From NCBI GenBank assembly GCA_016931225.1, contig JAFGFE010000040.1, positions 67,149 to 131,148 of the forward strand: a DNA stretch of 64,000 nt, read 5' to 3'. The first letter of the stretch is position 1; every line of letters begins with the position of its first letter. The position numbers and the translations under genes are program-made. The notes under the pieces were generated by a model. It made no database searches and had not been told where the DNA came from. It saw only the letters and a program-made list of their open reading frames with translations. The stretch comes from Candidatus Zymogenaceae bacterium (GTDB lineage Bacteria; Desulfobacterota; Zymogenia; Zymogenales; Zymogenaceae). This document shows, in pieces, positions 18,118-28,479 of the stretch.

Positions 18118-18472
18118 CGAACCTTATAAATCTTCAGGGATAAAAAAAGCCGAACCGTTGTCGAGTCCATAGTTGAACAAAGTCACGCGATTCGATACAC
18201 GATATATAAATCTACGAGAGTGTTCACGGCAAAACAATACAACCCCTCATCCGGAAGCACTATTCGGCATGACTCCGTTCCTCGTCAGCTCACTTCATAT
18301 ATTTATTATATACTTTTTATCTAATATATCACAAAAATAGTCAATAAAACAATGCTGCCTCTCAGACCGATCGGATCGGTACGATCGATACAGCGGCTCC
18401 GTTTCAGAATCGTAATGATGCTCCCCCCTACGCCTGATTATTGGTAGGAAGACCACGTACCGGAGAAATCCC

Positions 18473-19612
18473 TTACTCGGTCCGGGGTATCGCCCCGTCA
18501 TAGACGCCGTATTTATGGGTGGCTTTCACCATCGCGATATAATTCTCCGCCTTGACGCCCGGATGTATCGTGTTTGAAGAGCTCAGAATGTACCCCCCGC
18601 CGGGACCAGCGGTCTTGATGGCTTGTCGCACCTCTTCCTCCACATCCTGTTCCGAGCCGCTGACCAGGGTATCGATACAGTCGATATTCCCCATCAGGCA
18701 CACCGTATCTCCCAGTTTTTCCTTGGACTCGGCCAGATCCATGCACTGGGGCTGGAAGGGATGAATGCCCTCGAAGCCCGCGTCGATCCAGTCATAGATG
18801 ATCCCCCACACGTTGCCGTCGGAGTGCTTGAAAACCAAAAGATCCTTCGAATGAATGTAATCGATGATCTCCCGATAATAGGGAAGGAGAAACTCTCGGA
18901 ACTGGTCGGGAGACATGAACGTACCGCTGTCGAACGCCAGGTCGCCGTCCAGGGAAAAGACATCGGCGCCCAATTTCGCCGACAGGTCGATTTCCTTGAA
19001 AATGTAATCGGTGGCGATGCGGGCCATGCGATGAACCATCTCCGGGTTCCTTCGATAAAGCACCAGAAGCTTGTTCATTCCCCCCACCAGATTCCAGCTC
19101 AACCGGAACGGACACCTGAGACTCATCACCAGCGCACGCTCTCCCTTGAACCGGGCGTTGCAATAGCTGAGTGCTAAAAGATCCGTCTCCTTCGGCTCCG
19201 GGGTACGATACGAGTCGAGATCCTCCATTTTTTCGATAACGCCCTTGACCACCAGGGCCTCGCCGTTCGGATCGAGCTTGTATGTCACCCCCCACTCATC
19301 GACATATCTGAGATCATCGATAAAGGTGACGTCTGAAAACAGGCGCAGCGTCAGGCCGTCCACGTCCAGCCGCTCGATTACCAGAAGCAAGGCCTCGAAG
19401 AGCCTGATCTTGTCCTCGGGATTCATCCGCTGAAAATAATCGAGGGAGGGGAGGTCATCGGTAAAGTGCCGGGCGATGTTGAGAATCGGTCCCTCATTGT
19501 ACGCCAGCTCAAGATGGGGCACCCGATCCGGGATCTCCCGCTTCAGGGCCGCGATAATTCTGGATAGTCCGTTCATTGTCTTTCTCCAAAGCGACGGCCG
19601 CTCCTGTTCCAT
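18473..19612 (-). CDS. Uroporphyrinogen decarboxylase (URO-D) family protein (MtaA/CmuA-like methyltransferase fold).
   Basis: N-terminal 'LSRIIAALKREIPDRVPH' and overall architecture and length are typical of the URO-D/MtaA family. Confidence 0.65.
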   Translation of the reverse strand: MEQERPSLWRKTMNGLSRIIAALKREIPDRVPHLELAYNEGPILNIARHFTDDLPSLDYFQRMNPEDKIRLFEALLLVIERLDVDGLTLRLFSDVTFIDDLRYVDEWGVTYKLDPNGEALVVKGVIEKMEDLDSYRTPEPKETDLLALSYCNARFKGERALVMSLRCPFRLSWNLVGGMNKLLVLYRRNPEMVHRMARIATDYIFKEIDLSAKLGADVFSLDGDLAFDSGTFMSPDQFREFLLPYYREIIDYIHSKDLLVFKHSDGNVWGIIYDWIDAGFEGIHPFQPQCMDLAESKEKLGDTVCLMGNIDCIDTLVSGSEQDVEEEVRQAIKTAGPGGGYILSSSNTIHPGVKAENYIAMVKATHKYGVYDGAIPRTE

Positions 19613-19636
19613 GGAGCGGCCCGTCTGATACAGTCG

Positions 19637-21055
19637 CTATTCGGTCGTATCGGGGATGGTCGGTTTTCCAGGCGGTGTCAGCCCCTTTCGGGTCATATTC
19701 CAGCGAGAAACTAAATACGTAATCACCGCGATGAGCACAAACACGCCCAGCATCACTGCAGGTTTATACCCCATGGCTTTCTGCAATGCCAACAATAGTA
19801 ATGTCAAGATCAAGGCGTTGAGAAACACGGCGCTCCCGCTGATGAACGCCACCACCTTCTTGGATATTTTAAAACCGGATTTTTCGTACACTTTATTCAT
19901 CTGAAAGGGAACTACGGCGCCGGCTATACAGACGAACGTGATGGAGATAATCAGGCCAAAGTTTGTTATTACACCGAAGAGAAACACCGGGTTTCCACCC
20001 ATCTCTTTGGCCATCGGGGACGTAAGAATATAAAGCGACAGAGAGCAGACCGCCCAGATAAAGGTCAGGGCCCAGTGGGGGGTGCCGAACCGCTTGCTGA
20101 CCTTTCCCAGAAACGCCGGGAACAGCCCCTCCTCGGCGATGACCATCATGCCCCGACTGATGATGGTAAAGATGCCGTTGATGGTTGTGGCGCATGCCAC
20201 CAGGGCGCCGCCGATGATAAAAAAGAGCACCGCCCATCCGGGCATGAAGTTCTCCGCCACCTTCATCAATGTCCTCTGCTCCTTGAGGGCCTCCCAGTTG
20301 ACCGCCCCGACGGTGACGACATGAATCAACACGTAAATAATCACGACGGTTAGCATGCCGGTTATCAGGGCTCTGCGGTAGGTGGCGGCCGCTCTTTTCA
20401 CCTCGCCGCCCAGGTCGATCACGAAAAGACCCCCGGCGCAGAAGGTGAAGAGGATGCCGATAACCCCCACGAAGCCTATCGCTCCGTTCGGCATCAACGG
20501 CGAGAAATTGGCCGTCTTTACATCATCGATGCCAAAAATCACAAACAGCACCAGTGCCGCCATCATGGTAAGAAAGAGAAAAATCTGGAGCCTCGTGGTG
20601 AACTTGATGCCCAGCAGATTGACGATATAAAATAGGGTAAACACGATAATGCCGATGATGGCGGGATTGATCTGAGCGGTCTCGGGCATCAGCAGGTTGA
20701 AGTATTCCCCGAATGTCAGGGCGAACAGCGGCTCCGCCCCGATGAGCATGCACAACAGCAGGGTGAACATGTGGATGAAGGCCAGGGGCGGACTGAGCAG
20801 CTGGGAATATCGATAGGTGGAGCTGGTCGTGGGCCAGGCGGTGGAGAACATGCTGTAGGGCACCAGGGCCAGTATGGCCGGGACGGAGGCTACTAGCATG
20901 GCGATGGGGAGCGACGGGCCTGCGCTACTTCCGGCCACAACTGTCAGGGAAAAGAGCGCGCCGCCGATATTGATGGCCACAAACGAGGCCACCAATCCCA
21001 GAAAGGTGATCTCCTTTTTTAAAAAGCTTTCCACATTGGTTCGTTCCATACACAT
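19637..21055 (-). CDS. APC-superfamily amino acid/polyamine permease.
   Basis: A 472-aa protein with about 12 predicted TM helices and composition typical of APC permeases. Confidence 0.75.
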   Translation of the reverse strand: MCMERTNVESFLKKEITFLGLVASFVAINIGGALFSLTVVAGSSAGPSLPIAMLVASVPAILALVPYSMFSTAWPTTSSTYRYSQLLSPPLAFIHMFTLLLCMLIGAEPLFALTFGEYFNLLMPETAQINPAIIGIIVFTLFYIVNLLGIKFTTRLQIFLFLTMMAALVLFVIFGIDDVKTANFSPLMPNGAIGFVGVIGILFTFCAGGLFVIDLGGEVKRAAATYRRALITGMLTVVIIYVLIHVVTVGAVNWEALKEQRTLMKVAENFMPGWAVLFFIIGGALVACATTINGIFTIISRGMMVIAEEGLFPAFLGKVSKRFGTPHWALTFIWAVCSLSLYILTSPMAKEMGGNPVFLFGVITNFGLIISITFVCIAGAVVPFQMNKVYEKSGFKISKKVVAFISGSAVFLNALILTLLLLALQKAMGYKPAVMLGVFVLIAVITYLVSRWNMTRKGLTPPGKPTIPDTTE

Positions 21056-21493
21056 TCCTCCTGTCTACTTTGACGTCATCGCATAAAGAACCATGACCAC
21101 CCGCTTCGCATAGGACCGTTTTCGGCCCCTTGCAAAACTACCGGCCGCCCGGTCAATCGTCCTTCCCACACGGTATCTCTCGGTCATTATCCTGGTACAT
21201 ACCCCTCGAGAGGCCGCATGAATCCATGTTTTATTTCGGGAAGAGCCAGCAGAAGAATCAAGGTGCATCCTATCAGAATACGATGAGAAAAAAAACAGTT
21301 TTTTCTCGTCTTTCGGAAAAAGGAGGGGGAACACTGCACGCCCAACATTGATGACACGTATACCGAATCGACTTTCAAAATGATCGAATGACCATATCCG
21401 GCTTATCATCGTTTCAAAGGCCAAAAAAAGGCCGATACGGATTTATCCCGTATCGGCCCGTAATGGTAAACGTATTATATTCTATCTCGTCTC

Positions 21494-23116
21494 TCAGTCC
21501 GTTCTCGTGAACGTCCGGAGAAACAACCTGTTGAGCTTCATCATTCCCACCAGCCGCTTAAGGATATTCTTCGAGTACAGCATATGCATCATGCCCAGGA
21601 TACCGTCGTACACTTTCTTCCCCTGGGGGAACCACCACATGTTCCGCTTCGCCCCGACCAGATAATCATTCACAAGACATACCGGTTGGGTCATTTCGGC
21701 GAATCCCAGCTCACCATGAGTCCGACCGATTCCGGACTCCTTAAAACCGCCCCAGGGTGTTTCCGGCAGTCCATTGCTCATCATATGATCGTTGACCATA
21801 ATGACGCCCGCCTGAATTCGACGCGCATACTCTATGGCCCTCTTTCTGCTTTTTGACCACACCGACGCCGTTAATCCGAGATAGGAATCGTTCGCCAGCT
21901 CGATAGCCTCTTCCATGTCGTCGACCTTCATTACCGCAAGGACCGGCCCGAAGGTCTCATCGCGCATCACCATCATGTCGTGATTCACGTTGGTGAGAAC
22001 CACCGCGGAAAGGAAATTCCCGGAACTGTTCTCGGGACGATTCGACCGCGCCTGGATACTCGCCCCCTTTTCGACCGCGTCCTGAATGTGTCTTTCCACC
22101 ACCTCCATCTGATCCTTCGTCGTTATCGAACAGATATCCGTGGAGAAATCCTCATCCGGCCCCACCCTGAGGGAAGTCACCATCTCGGAGAGGGTTTCGA
22201 CAAACGGCTCATAGACGTCCTTGTGGACGTATATGCGTTCCACGCTCGCGCACGTCTGACCGCAGTTGGTCAGCCCGGCCCACACGGCTCCGGCGGCGGC
22301 ACGATAGATATCGGCATCGGGGCATACCAGCATCGGGTCATTTCCGCCGAGCTCAAGGGATACCGGAGTCAGTGTCTCGGCGGCCTTTGCCATGAGATGC
22401 TTCCCGACACCGACGCTCCCGGTAAAAAAGAGCTTGTCGACCCCGGCCTCAAAAAACGCGTCTCCCGCCACGCGACCGGGCAGATTGACATAGTGAAACA
22501 GGCCGTCCGGCAGCCCGCCGGCCTTCACGCATAATTCAATCGCCTTGCCGGTGGCCAGGGTTTCACTGGCGACTTTGACAATTACGGCATTCCCCGCCAT
22601 CAGCGCCATGGCGATTTCAACCATGGGGATGGTAAAGGGATAATTCCAGGGCGAGATGATGCCGATTACGCCATAGGGAACCCGGATTATCTTACTTTTC
22701 TTGTACGCGAGCAGGATGTTCGACGCTTTCAGCTTGTAATCCTTGAGCAGCCGTTTGGCGTTTTTCGCCAGATAATCGATATGGGCCACGGTGCCGAACA
22801 CCTCGGCGACCATCGCCTCGGTTCTGGTCTTTCCGTTGTCCATGTATATGATCTGGGCAAGCCCCTCTGCGTTATCGATGACGTAGTCCCTGATTTTGAA
22901 CAGCGCCCGGGCCCGCTCCTTGACCGAAAGCTCGGCCCATCCCTTTTGCGCCTCCCGGGCCTTCATAACCGCCTTCTTCACATCTTCGGGAGTATGAAGT
23001 GCGTACCTGCCGATATCCTCCCCCGTTGTCGGGCTTTTTGACAGGGCGAAATCTCCGCCCGGACGACTCACTTCATCACTCTGCATGAAGACATTCGTAC
23101 TCATGGTATCCTCCAT
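21494..23116 (-). CDS. NAD(P)-dependent aldehyde dehydrogenase.
   Basis: Catalytic Cys motif 'GQTCASVERIY' and Glu motif 'ELGGNDPMLV'. Confidence 0.9.
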   Translation of the reverse strand: MEDTMSTNVFMQSDEVSRPGGDFALSKSPTTGEDIGRYALHTPEDVKKAVMKAREAQKGWAELSVKERARALFKIRDYVIDNAEGLAQIIYMDNGKTRTEAMVAEVFGTVAHIDYLAKNAKRLLKDYKLKASNILLAYKKSKIIRVPYGVIGIISPWNYPFTIPMVEIAMALMAGNAVIVKVASETLATGKAIELCVKAGGLPDGLFHYVNLPGRVAGDAFFEAGVDKLFFTGSVGVGKHLMAKAAETLTPVSLELGGNDPMLVCPDADIYRAAAGAVWAGLTNCGQTCASVERIYVHKDVYEPFVETLSEMVTSLRVGPDEDFSTDICSITTKDQMEVVERHIQDAVEKGASIQARSNRPENSSGNFLSAVVLTNVNHDMMVMRDETFGPVLAVMKVDDMEEAIELANDSYLGLTASVWSKSRKRAIEYARRIQAGVIMVNDHMMSNGLPETPWGGFKESGIGRTHGELGFAEMTQPVCLVNDYLVGAKRNMWWFPQGKKVYDGILGMMHMLYSKNILKRLVGMMKLNRLFLRTFTRTD

Positions 23117-23881
23117 ATTTTATAAAAAATAATGTCAAGCTATATACAATAAGTATATTGTTGTTTTAATAAATGTACTAAATATTGCAGCATGAATAAT
23201 TTCAGCGTATAGGTGCCTCTTTTCGAAACAGGGATCCCCCGCCGGAAAAGTCTTTGACTGTCGACTGAGACGGCGGTCAAACACGCCCGATGTTGGAGCA
23301 CGTTCCCGGATAGATGATGTGATCGGAAAGGAAAGATTCAGGAGGGCACAAGGATATGCATAGATACATCAATGAAAAGTCATTGACTATCCCCTCGTCT
23401 CGACAATCCTCCTTTCCAAACACGGGAGGCATAACCGTTTCCAGTTATACCCTATCGGCCAGCCACCATGGACCTTGAATACATCAAATCGACAGGTGGT
23501 GAGGCTCGGAGAATCCTATGTTACGTGTTATGATAGCAGGATGCAACAACGTCTGTCAATGAATTTTTTCCGTTGACGGCGGTATCGCGACATAACGCTC
23601 GATATAATGAAATCCCGCTTTTTGGTGTTTACTCATCCATATAGACCGTAACAAAAAGACTGTGCTTTCTTATTGACTATCATTTGACGCACCGCTACCC
23701 GCCGACATGGACAAGACGTCAGGGAGGTTTTTTCGGAATACCAACGCTTTCGGCCCCTGAAAATCCTTGACGGAATACGGCCCGGATTCTACAATGTTTT
23801 CGGGCACGATGATCATACATTTGCATCATCACACCCTCTCACCCCATGTGATTGTCTCTGTTATAAAATTCGAGGACCATC

Positions 23882-25084
23882 ATGAAATCCATCTACTTCG
23901 ACGTCAATGTTCCGAAAATCCTTTTGACCAAATCACTTACCGGCATCTTCCCGTTTATCTACTATTCCCCTCTGTCGCCGGTGTCCTTCGGTGACATCCC
24001 CCGGCGGGACCTGCCGGGACCCAGGTGGGTGCGGGTCAAAAGCAGACACACCGGCATCTGCGGGGCGGATATCTCCATGTTCTTCGTGGCGGCAAGCCCC
24101 AGCATATCCCTGGCCGCCCTCCCCGGCGTTCCCCGGGCCTTCATGGGACACGAGGTGGTGGGAGAAATCATCGAGATGGGGCCGGGAGTCTCGTCCCTCT
24201 CCGTCGGAGACCGGATTGTCCTCCAGCGCTATCTCCCCTGCTGCTCCATGAAGGAAATCGAGCCGCCGTGTGTCCACTGCGCCGCGGGTAATTACACCCT
24301 GTGCGAGAACTTCTCCGAGGGGAGCCTTCCCGAAAACCTGGGCGCCGGCTTCACCGAACAGTTTATCGCCCACGAAAGCCAGCTTGTGAAAGTGCCCGAC
24401 GCCCTGACCGACGACCAGGCGGTTCTCATCGAGCCCGTCGCCGTGTCCCTGCATGCGGCGCTCGCACGTCCGCCGAAGGCACAAGAAAAGGTACTGGTCA
24501 TCGGCGCGGGCACCATCGGCCTCAACGTCAGCCAGGCGGCCAGAGCCCTCGAGCCGGACGCCATCATCTACCTGCTGGAAAGAATCGATTTCAAGCGGGA
24601 ACTGGGGAAAAAGCTGGGGGCGGACCACATACTCACCGGCGATCCCTATGACGCCGCGGCGGACGTTACCGGTGCCAAGCTCTACCGGGGGCCCCTGGGA
24701 AACAATGTCATCATGGGCGGATTCGATCTGATATACGACTGCGTCGGCTACTCAAAAACCATCCACGACTCCCTCCGGTGGCTCAAGGCCGGGGGCGATT
24801 ACGTGATGATCGGAAACCAGCTCAGCCCCGTCGCCTTTGATCAAACCCCCATCTGGCAACAGGAACTCACGCTCAGGGGGATCAACGCCCACGGCATGGA
24901 GCACATTGGAGGGAGAACCGTAAGCTCGTTCGACCTGGCGATGGAATATATCACCGATGGATCCATCAACCTCGACGGCTTCATCACGCATCGATTCCCG
25001 CTGTCCGATTACCGAAAGGCCTTCAAACTCGTGAAATCTAAATCCGAACGCGTCATCAAGGCGGTTTTGGACATATCACCATAA
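23882..25084 (+). CDS. Zinc-dependent alcohol dehydrogenase (MDR family, sorbitol/threonine dehydrogenase-like) with a roughly 35-aa N-terminal extension.
   Basis: 'GICGADISMF', 'GHEVVGEIIEMGPGV', 'GDRIV' and Rossmann motif 'VLVIGAGTIGL'. RBS 'gagga' is 5 nt upstream. Confidence 0.8.
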   Translation: MKSIYFDVNVPKILLTKSLTGIFPFIYYSPLSPVSFGDIPRRDLPGPRWVRVKSRHTGICGADISMFFVAASPSISLAALPGVPRAFMGHEVVGEIIEMGPGVSSLSVGDRIVLQRYLPCCSMKEIEPPCVHCAAGNYTLCENFSEGSLPENLGAGFTEQFIAHESQLVKVPDALTDDQAVLIEPVAVSLHAALARPPKAQEKVLVIGAGTIGLNVSQAARALEPDAIIYLLERIDFKRELGKKLGADHILTGDPYDAAADVTGAKLYRGPLGNNVIMGGFDLIYDCVGYSKTIHDSLRWLKAGGDYVMIGNQLSPVAFDQTPIWQQELTLRGINAHGMEHIGGRTVSSFDLAMEYITDGSINLDGFITHRFPLSDYRKAFKLVKSKSERVIKAVLDISP

Positions 25085-25096
25085 CGGAGGAATGAT

Positions 25097-26107
25097 ATGA
25101 AAGCGTTGATGCTTGATGGTATACGAAAAGCCTCGCTCTCCGACGTTCCGGTGGCCGACGTGGGTCCCCGGGATGTCAGGATTAAAGTGAAAAGCTGCGG
25201 AATGTGCGGCACCGATCATTCTGTCTATGCCGGAAACCTCGTCCTCCCCGGAGAATTTCCTTTCTATACGGGCCACGAGCTATCCGGCACCGTGGAGGAG
25301 GTCGGCCCCAAGGTGGATGATATACATGTGGGGGATGTGGTTACCACAAATCCGGTGAGGTACTGCGGAGACTGCTTCCGCTGTCGTACCGGCCAACAGC
25401 ACTACTGCGAGCGGCTTGCCGAGTTGTGGAAGCCCAACGGGGGCATGTCCGAGTATGTGGTGGCGGATCGCCAGCAGGTTTTCGTCCTGCCCGAGGGTAT
25501 CGGTTTCGACGCGGCGGCATTCGCCGAACCGGTGAGCGTATGCCTCCACTGTATCGACATGGCAGAGATCAAGCCGGGCATGAGCGTTGCCATAACCGGC
25601 GCGGGGCCCATCGGCCTGATTCTCCTGCAGCTTGCCATCCGGGCCGGGGCCGCCTTTGTGCTCATATCCGAGCCGGATAAGAAAAAACGGGCCATCGCCG
25701 AGAAGCTGGGGGCGGACGTGACGGTTGATCCTACAAAAGAGGATCTGGTGGCCAGGGCGTTTGAGGAGACAAACAATCGGGCATTCGATGTGGTGATAGA
25801 GGCGTCGGGCAATGCCGAAGCCGCGGTCCAGGCTGTGGCGATTACCGGCATGAAATCGACCCTCTTCTGGTTTTCGGTCTATCCCATGGATCTTCTCATT
25901 CCGGTCAGCCCCTTTATCATGTACACCAAGGAGCTGACCATCAAAGGTGTCTTCTTTTCACCCTATACCTTCCCCCGGACCATCAACCTCTTGCCGAAGC
26001 TGGAGCTGGAATCGCTGATCTCGCACCATATACCCCTAGACGAATCCCCGGGTATATTCGACCTGTACGAGTCCGGTGAAGCGATTAAGATCATGGTGCA
26101 TCCGTAA
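25097..26107 (+). CDS. Zinc-dependent alcohol dehydrogenase (MDR family).
   Basis: 'CGMCGTDHSVYAG', 'GHELSGTVEEVG' and 'VAITGAGPIGL'. Confidence 0.85.
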   Translation: MKALMLDGIRKASLSDVPVADVGPRDVRIKVKSCGMCGTDHSVYAGNLVLPGEFPFYTGHELSGTVEEVGPKVDDIHVGDVVTTNPVRYCGDCFRCRTGQQHYCERLAELWKPNGGMSEYVVADRQQVFVLPEGIGFDAAAFAEPVSVCLHCIDMAEIKPGMSVAITGAGPIGLILLQLAIRAGAAFVLISEPDKKKRAIAEKLGADVTVDPTKEDLVARAFEETNNRAFDVVIEASGNAEAAVQAVAITGMKSTLFWFSVYPMDLLIPVSPFIMYTKELTIKGVFFSPYTFPRTINLLPKLELESLISHHIPLDESPGIFDLYESGEAIKIMVHP

Positions 26108-26239
26108 CCGAAAGAGAAAACATCTTCGATGATGGTCGGATTTCTGTGATCTGAATTCAACAACGCCCTGGATGATATCCATCCGGGGCGTCCTTTCAAT
26201 AAAAAACCGGGTATATCAGGTGCACGGCCGATGTACAGA

Positions 26240-26860
26240 TTAGGACATCCTGGGGTGTACCCGGATGACGCATGATTCATCGCCCATGCCGGCGCATTTG
26301 GTCTGGACCGCCTCGTAATCGTCGCTCCGGGTCGCCCATCGCACCAGGGCGTAGACAAATCCCCGCGCCATATGACAGATGGGTTGATCAACGCTCATGC
26401 CGAAGCAGTGATTACATACCGTATCTTCGTAAAAAAACGCGTCGCCGTCCTCACTCACGATAATCTCCGTCCCGATCTGCTCGGACACCCCCGCCGCCGC
26501 GGTGGCGAGGACGATTCGGATGCACTCGGTATTCTCCATTCCCTCAAACGCCTTGAGGGTGGCCTCCGCCAGCTCACTGTTCTCCTCAATGCCGGCCAGG
26601 GCCTGGGCGATGCCCACGTTGAAAAGGATGGCCCGGGCTCCCCTCTCGCCGTAGATGTCACGTATGGCGTTCTCATACTTCGCACAGTCGCTGATCTTTA
26701 CCTCACTGATATCCAAATTGTTCGGCGGCAGGTCATCAGCGCGCACCGGTATGCCGGCACGGTTGAGAATGGTCTTCAGGCCGTTTTCTCCCACGATCTC
26801 TCGAACTCCCAGAAGCATCGTGCGTATGGCAGTATTCGTCATAAATCTGTCCGTGGTCAT
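26240..26860 (-). CDS. V4R (4-vinyl reductase) domain protein, a probable small-molecule-binding sensor or accessory protein.
   Basis: The C-terminal cysteine pattern 'CNHCFG...ICHMARGFVYALVRW...CAGMGDESCVIRV' matches the V4R domain. The start is chosen at MTTDRF with an upstream ggagga. Confidence 0.5.
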   Translation of the reverse strand: MTTDRFMTNTAIRTMLLGVREIVGENGLKTILNRAGIPVRADDLPPNNLDISEVKISDCAKYENAIRDIYGERGARAILFNVGIAQALAGIEENSELAEATLKAFEGMENTECIRIVLATAAAGVSEQIGTEIIVSEDGDAFFYEDTVCNHCFGMSVDQPICHMARGFVYALVRWATRSDDYEAVQTKCAGMGDESCVIRVHPRMS

Positions 26861-27041
26861 GGATCCTCCATCATTCATGGAACACAGCGATACTCGCAAT
26901 ATGTAAATATCATCTCATACAATTATTATTCTGTCCAACCGAATATCACACAAATATCGAGCGGGACGTGGGAATAATAAAAAACCGGGGGCGGGCGCAT
27001 GCCCTCCCCCGGTCACGAAAGTGTCCGAAATATTTCGTCCG

Positions 27042-28445
27042 TCAGACCAGATCGTACTGCTTCAGGAAACCGTTGAGCCGCGCCTCCAGGAAGGGGAGCA
27101 GTGACTCCCCTTCGGGCGTGCCGTAGAGATTGTTCATCTCCTTCGGGTCACCGACCAGATCGAATATCTCCGACTTCTTCCTGCCGTCGTATACGATATA
27201 TTTGTGGGTATCGGTCCTGACGGCGTAGTGCGGCGGATATCGATAGGGATAGTCCTTGTAGTATTCATAGAGCCAGGCCTCCCTGCCCAGACTGTAGGGA
27301 TTGGTGAAATAGGGCCTGAAGCTTTTCCCCTCCATGTAACTGGGCACGTCGATTCCCGCCAGATCCAGAATCGTCGGCGCAAGGTCCACGTTCAGGACCA
27401 TGCTCGAGACGTTTCGTCCGACGTCCGTCATTCCCCGGGGGTAACGGACGATAAACGGAATCCGCATCGATTCCTCATAGGCCCACCGCTTGTCGATCTG
27501 GTTGTGCTCGCCCCAGAAATAGCCGTTGTCCCCGGCGTAGACCACCACCGTGTCATCGGCGACGCCCATCTCGTCCAGGGTATCGAGCACCCTGCCGATC
27601 TGTTGGTCCAGAGCATAGATGGTCTCGCAGTAGTTTTTGTAGTGCATGTCCACCGAGCCGAACACGCCGAACAGGTGATTCTGGGCCTTGAACAGCACCA
27701 GGGGATTCATCTCATCCGGATAGTTCACCTCCACATCGTGATAGTGATCGGCGAGTTCCGGGGGCGGCAGGAACTGGTGGTGCACCGCCTTGTGGGCGAG
27801 CATCAGGCAGAAGGGATTCTCCCGACCCTTCTTCAGGTATTCGATCGCCCGGTCCGTCAGCTCCTCGGTGATATAGGGTTTTTTCGACGGCTCCTCCACA
27901 CCATTGACGATGAGGGGACAGTTGAAGTATTTCCCCTGTCCGCCCTGGACGGTGAAGGTGGTAAATTCATCCACTCCCCGGAGGTCCGGCAGATCGCCGG
28001 GCATGTGCCATTTGCCGATAAAGGCGGTGTCGTAACCGACTTTTTTCAACAGCTCCATGAAGGTGATGTTGTCGTTGCTCCAGGGGGTGATGTTGTTCTT
28101 GACCCCGTGGGTGTGGGCGTAGGTGCCGGTAATGAAGCTGGCCCGGGAGGGGCTGCAGAGCGACGTCGTCACGAAGGCGTTTTCGAACAGGATCCCCTCG
28201 GCGGCGAGACGGTCCAGGTTCGGCGTCTCGATGAATGGATGGCCCAGGATGCTCAGGTGATCCCAGCGATGATCGTCGCTGAGGATGAATATAATGTTCG
28301 GCCGTTTCCCGCTTGGTTGTGCCTTTAGGAGGTCGGGCATGCCGGCCCCCATCAATCCCGCCGCCGAAGCCGCTCCCATTACCTTGAGGGCCTGGCGCCG
28401 GGTCATCGGCCTTTTAAAGAATGAAGACTCTTTATCCCGTGTCAT
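27042..28445 (-). CDS. Sulfatase (formylglycine-dependent, Cys-type) with a Tat signal peptide.
   Basis: 'MTRRQALKVMGAASAAG' is a twin-arginine signal. 'NIIFILSDDHRWD' and the 'CSPSRASFITG' C-x-P-x-R motif are present. Confidence 0.85.
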   Translation of the reverse strand: MTRDKESSFFKRPMTRRQALKVMGAASAAGLMGAGMPDLLKAQPSGKRPNIIFILSDDHRWDHLSILGHPFIETPNLDRLAAEGILFENAFVTTSLCSPSRASFITGTYAHTHGVKNNITPWSNDNITFMELLKKVGYDTAFIGKWHMPGDLPDLRGVDEFTTFTVQGGQGKYFNCPLIVNGVEEPSKKPYITEELTDRAIEYLKKGRENPFCLMLAHKAVHHQFLPPPELADHYHDVEVNYPDEMNPLVLFKAQNHLFGVFGSVDMHYKNYCETIYALDQQIGRVLDTLDEMGVADDTVVVYAGDNGYFWGEHNQIDKRWAYEESMRIPFIVRYPRGMTDVGRNVSSMVLNVDLAPTILDLAGIDVPSYMEGKSFRPYFTNPYSLGREAWLYEYYKDYPYRYPPHYAVRTDTHKYIVYDGRKKSEIFDLVGDPKEMNNLYGTPEGESLLPFLEARLNGFLKQYDLV

Positions 28446-28479
28446 GATATGTACCTCATAAATCGTATGAACGACTCCC

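Noticed and set aside
23796-23826. A sigma-54-like GGGCACG...TTGCAT upstream of the Zn-ADH gene, and a second near-match on the minus strand at about 23185-23200 upstream of the ALDH gene.
   Set aside because: Spacing between the GG and GC dinucleotides is 19 nt in the first and 11 nt in the second, against the canonical 12. Neither fits the -24/-12 geometry.
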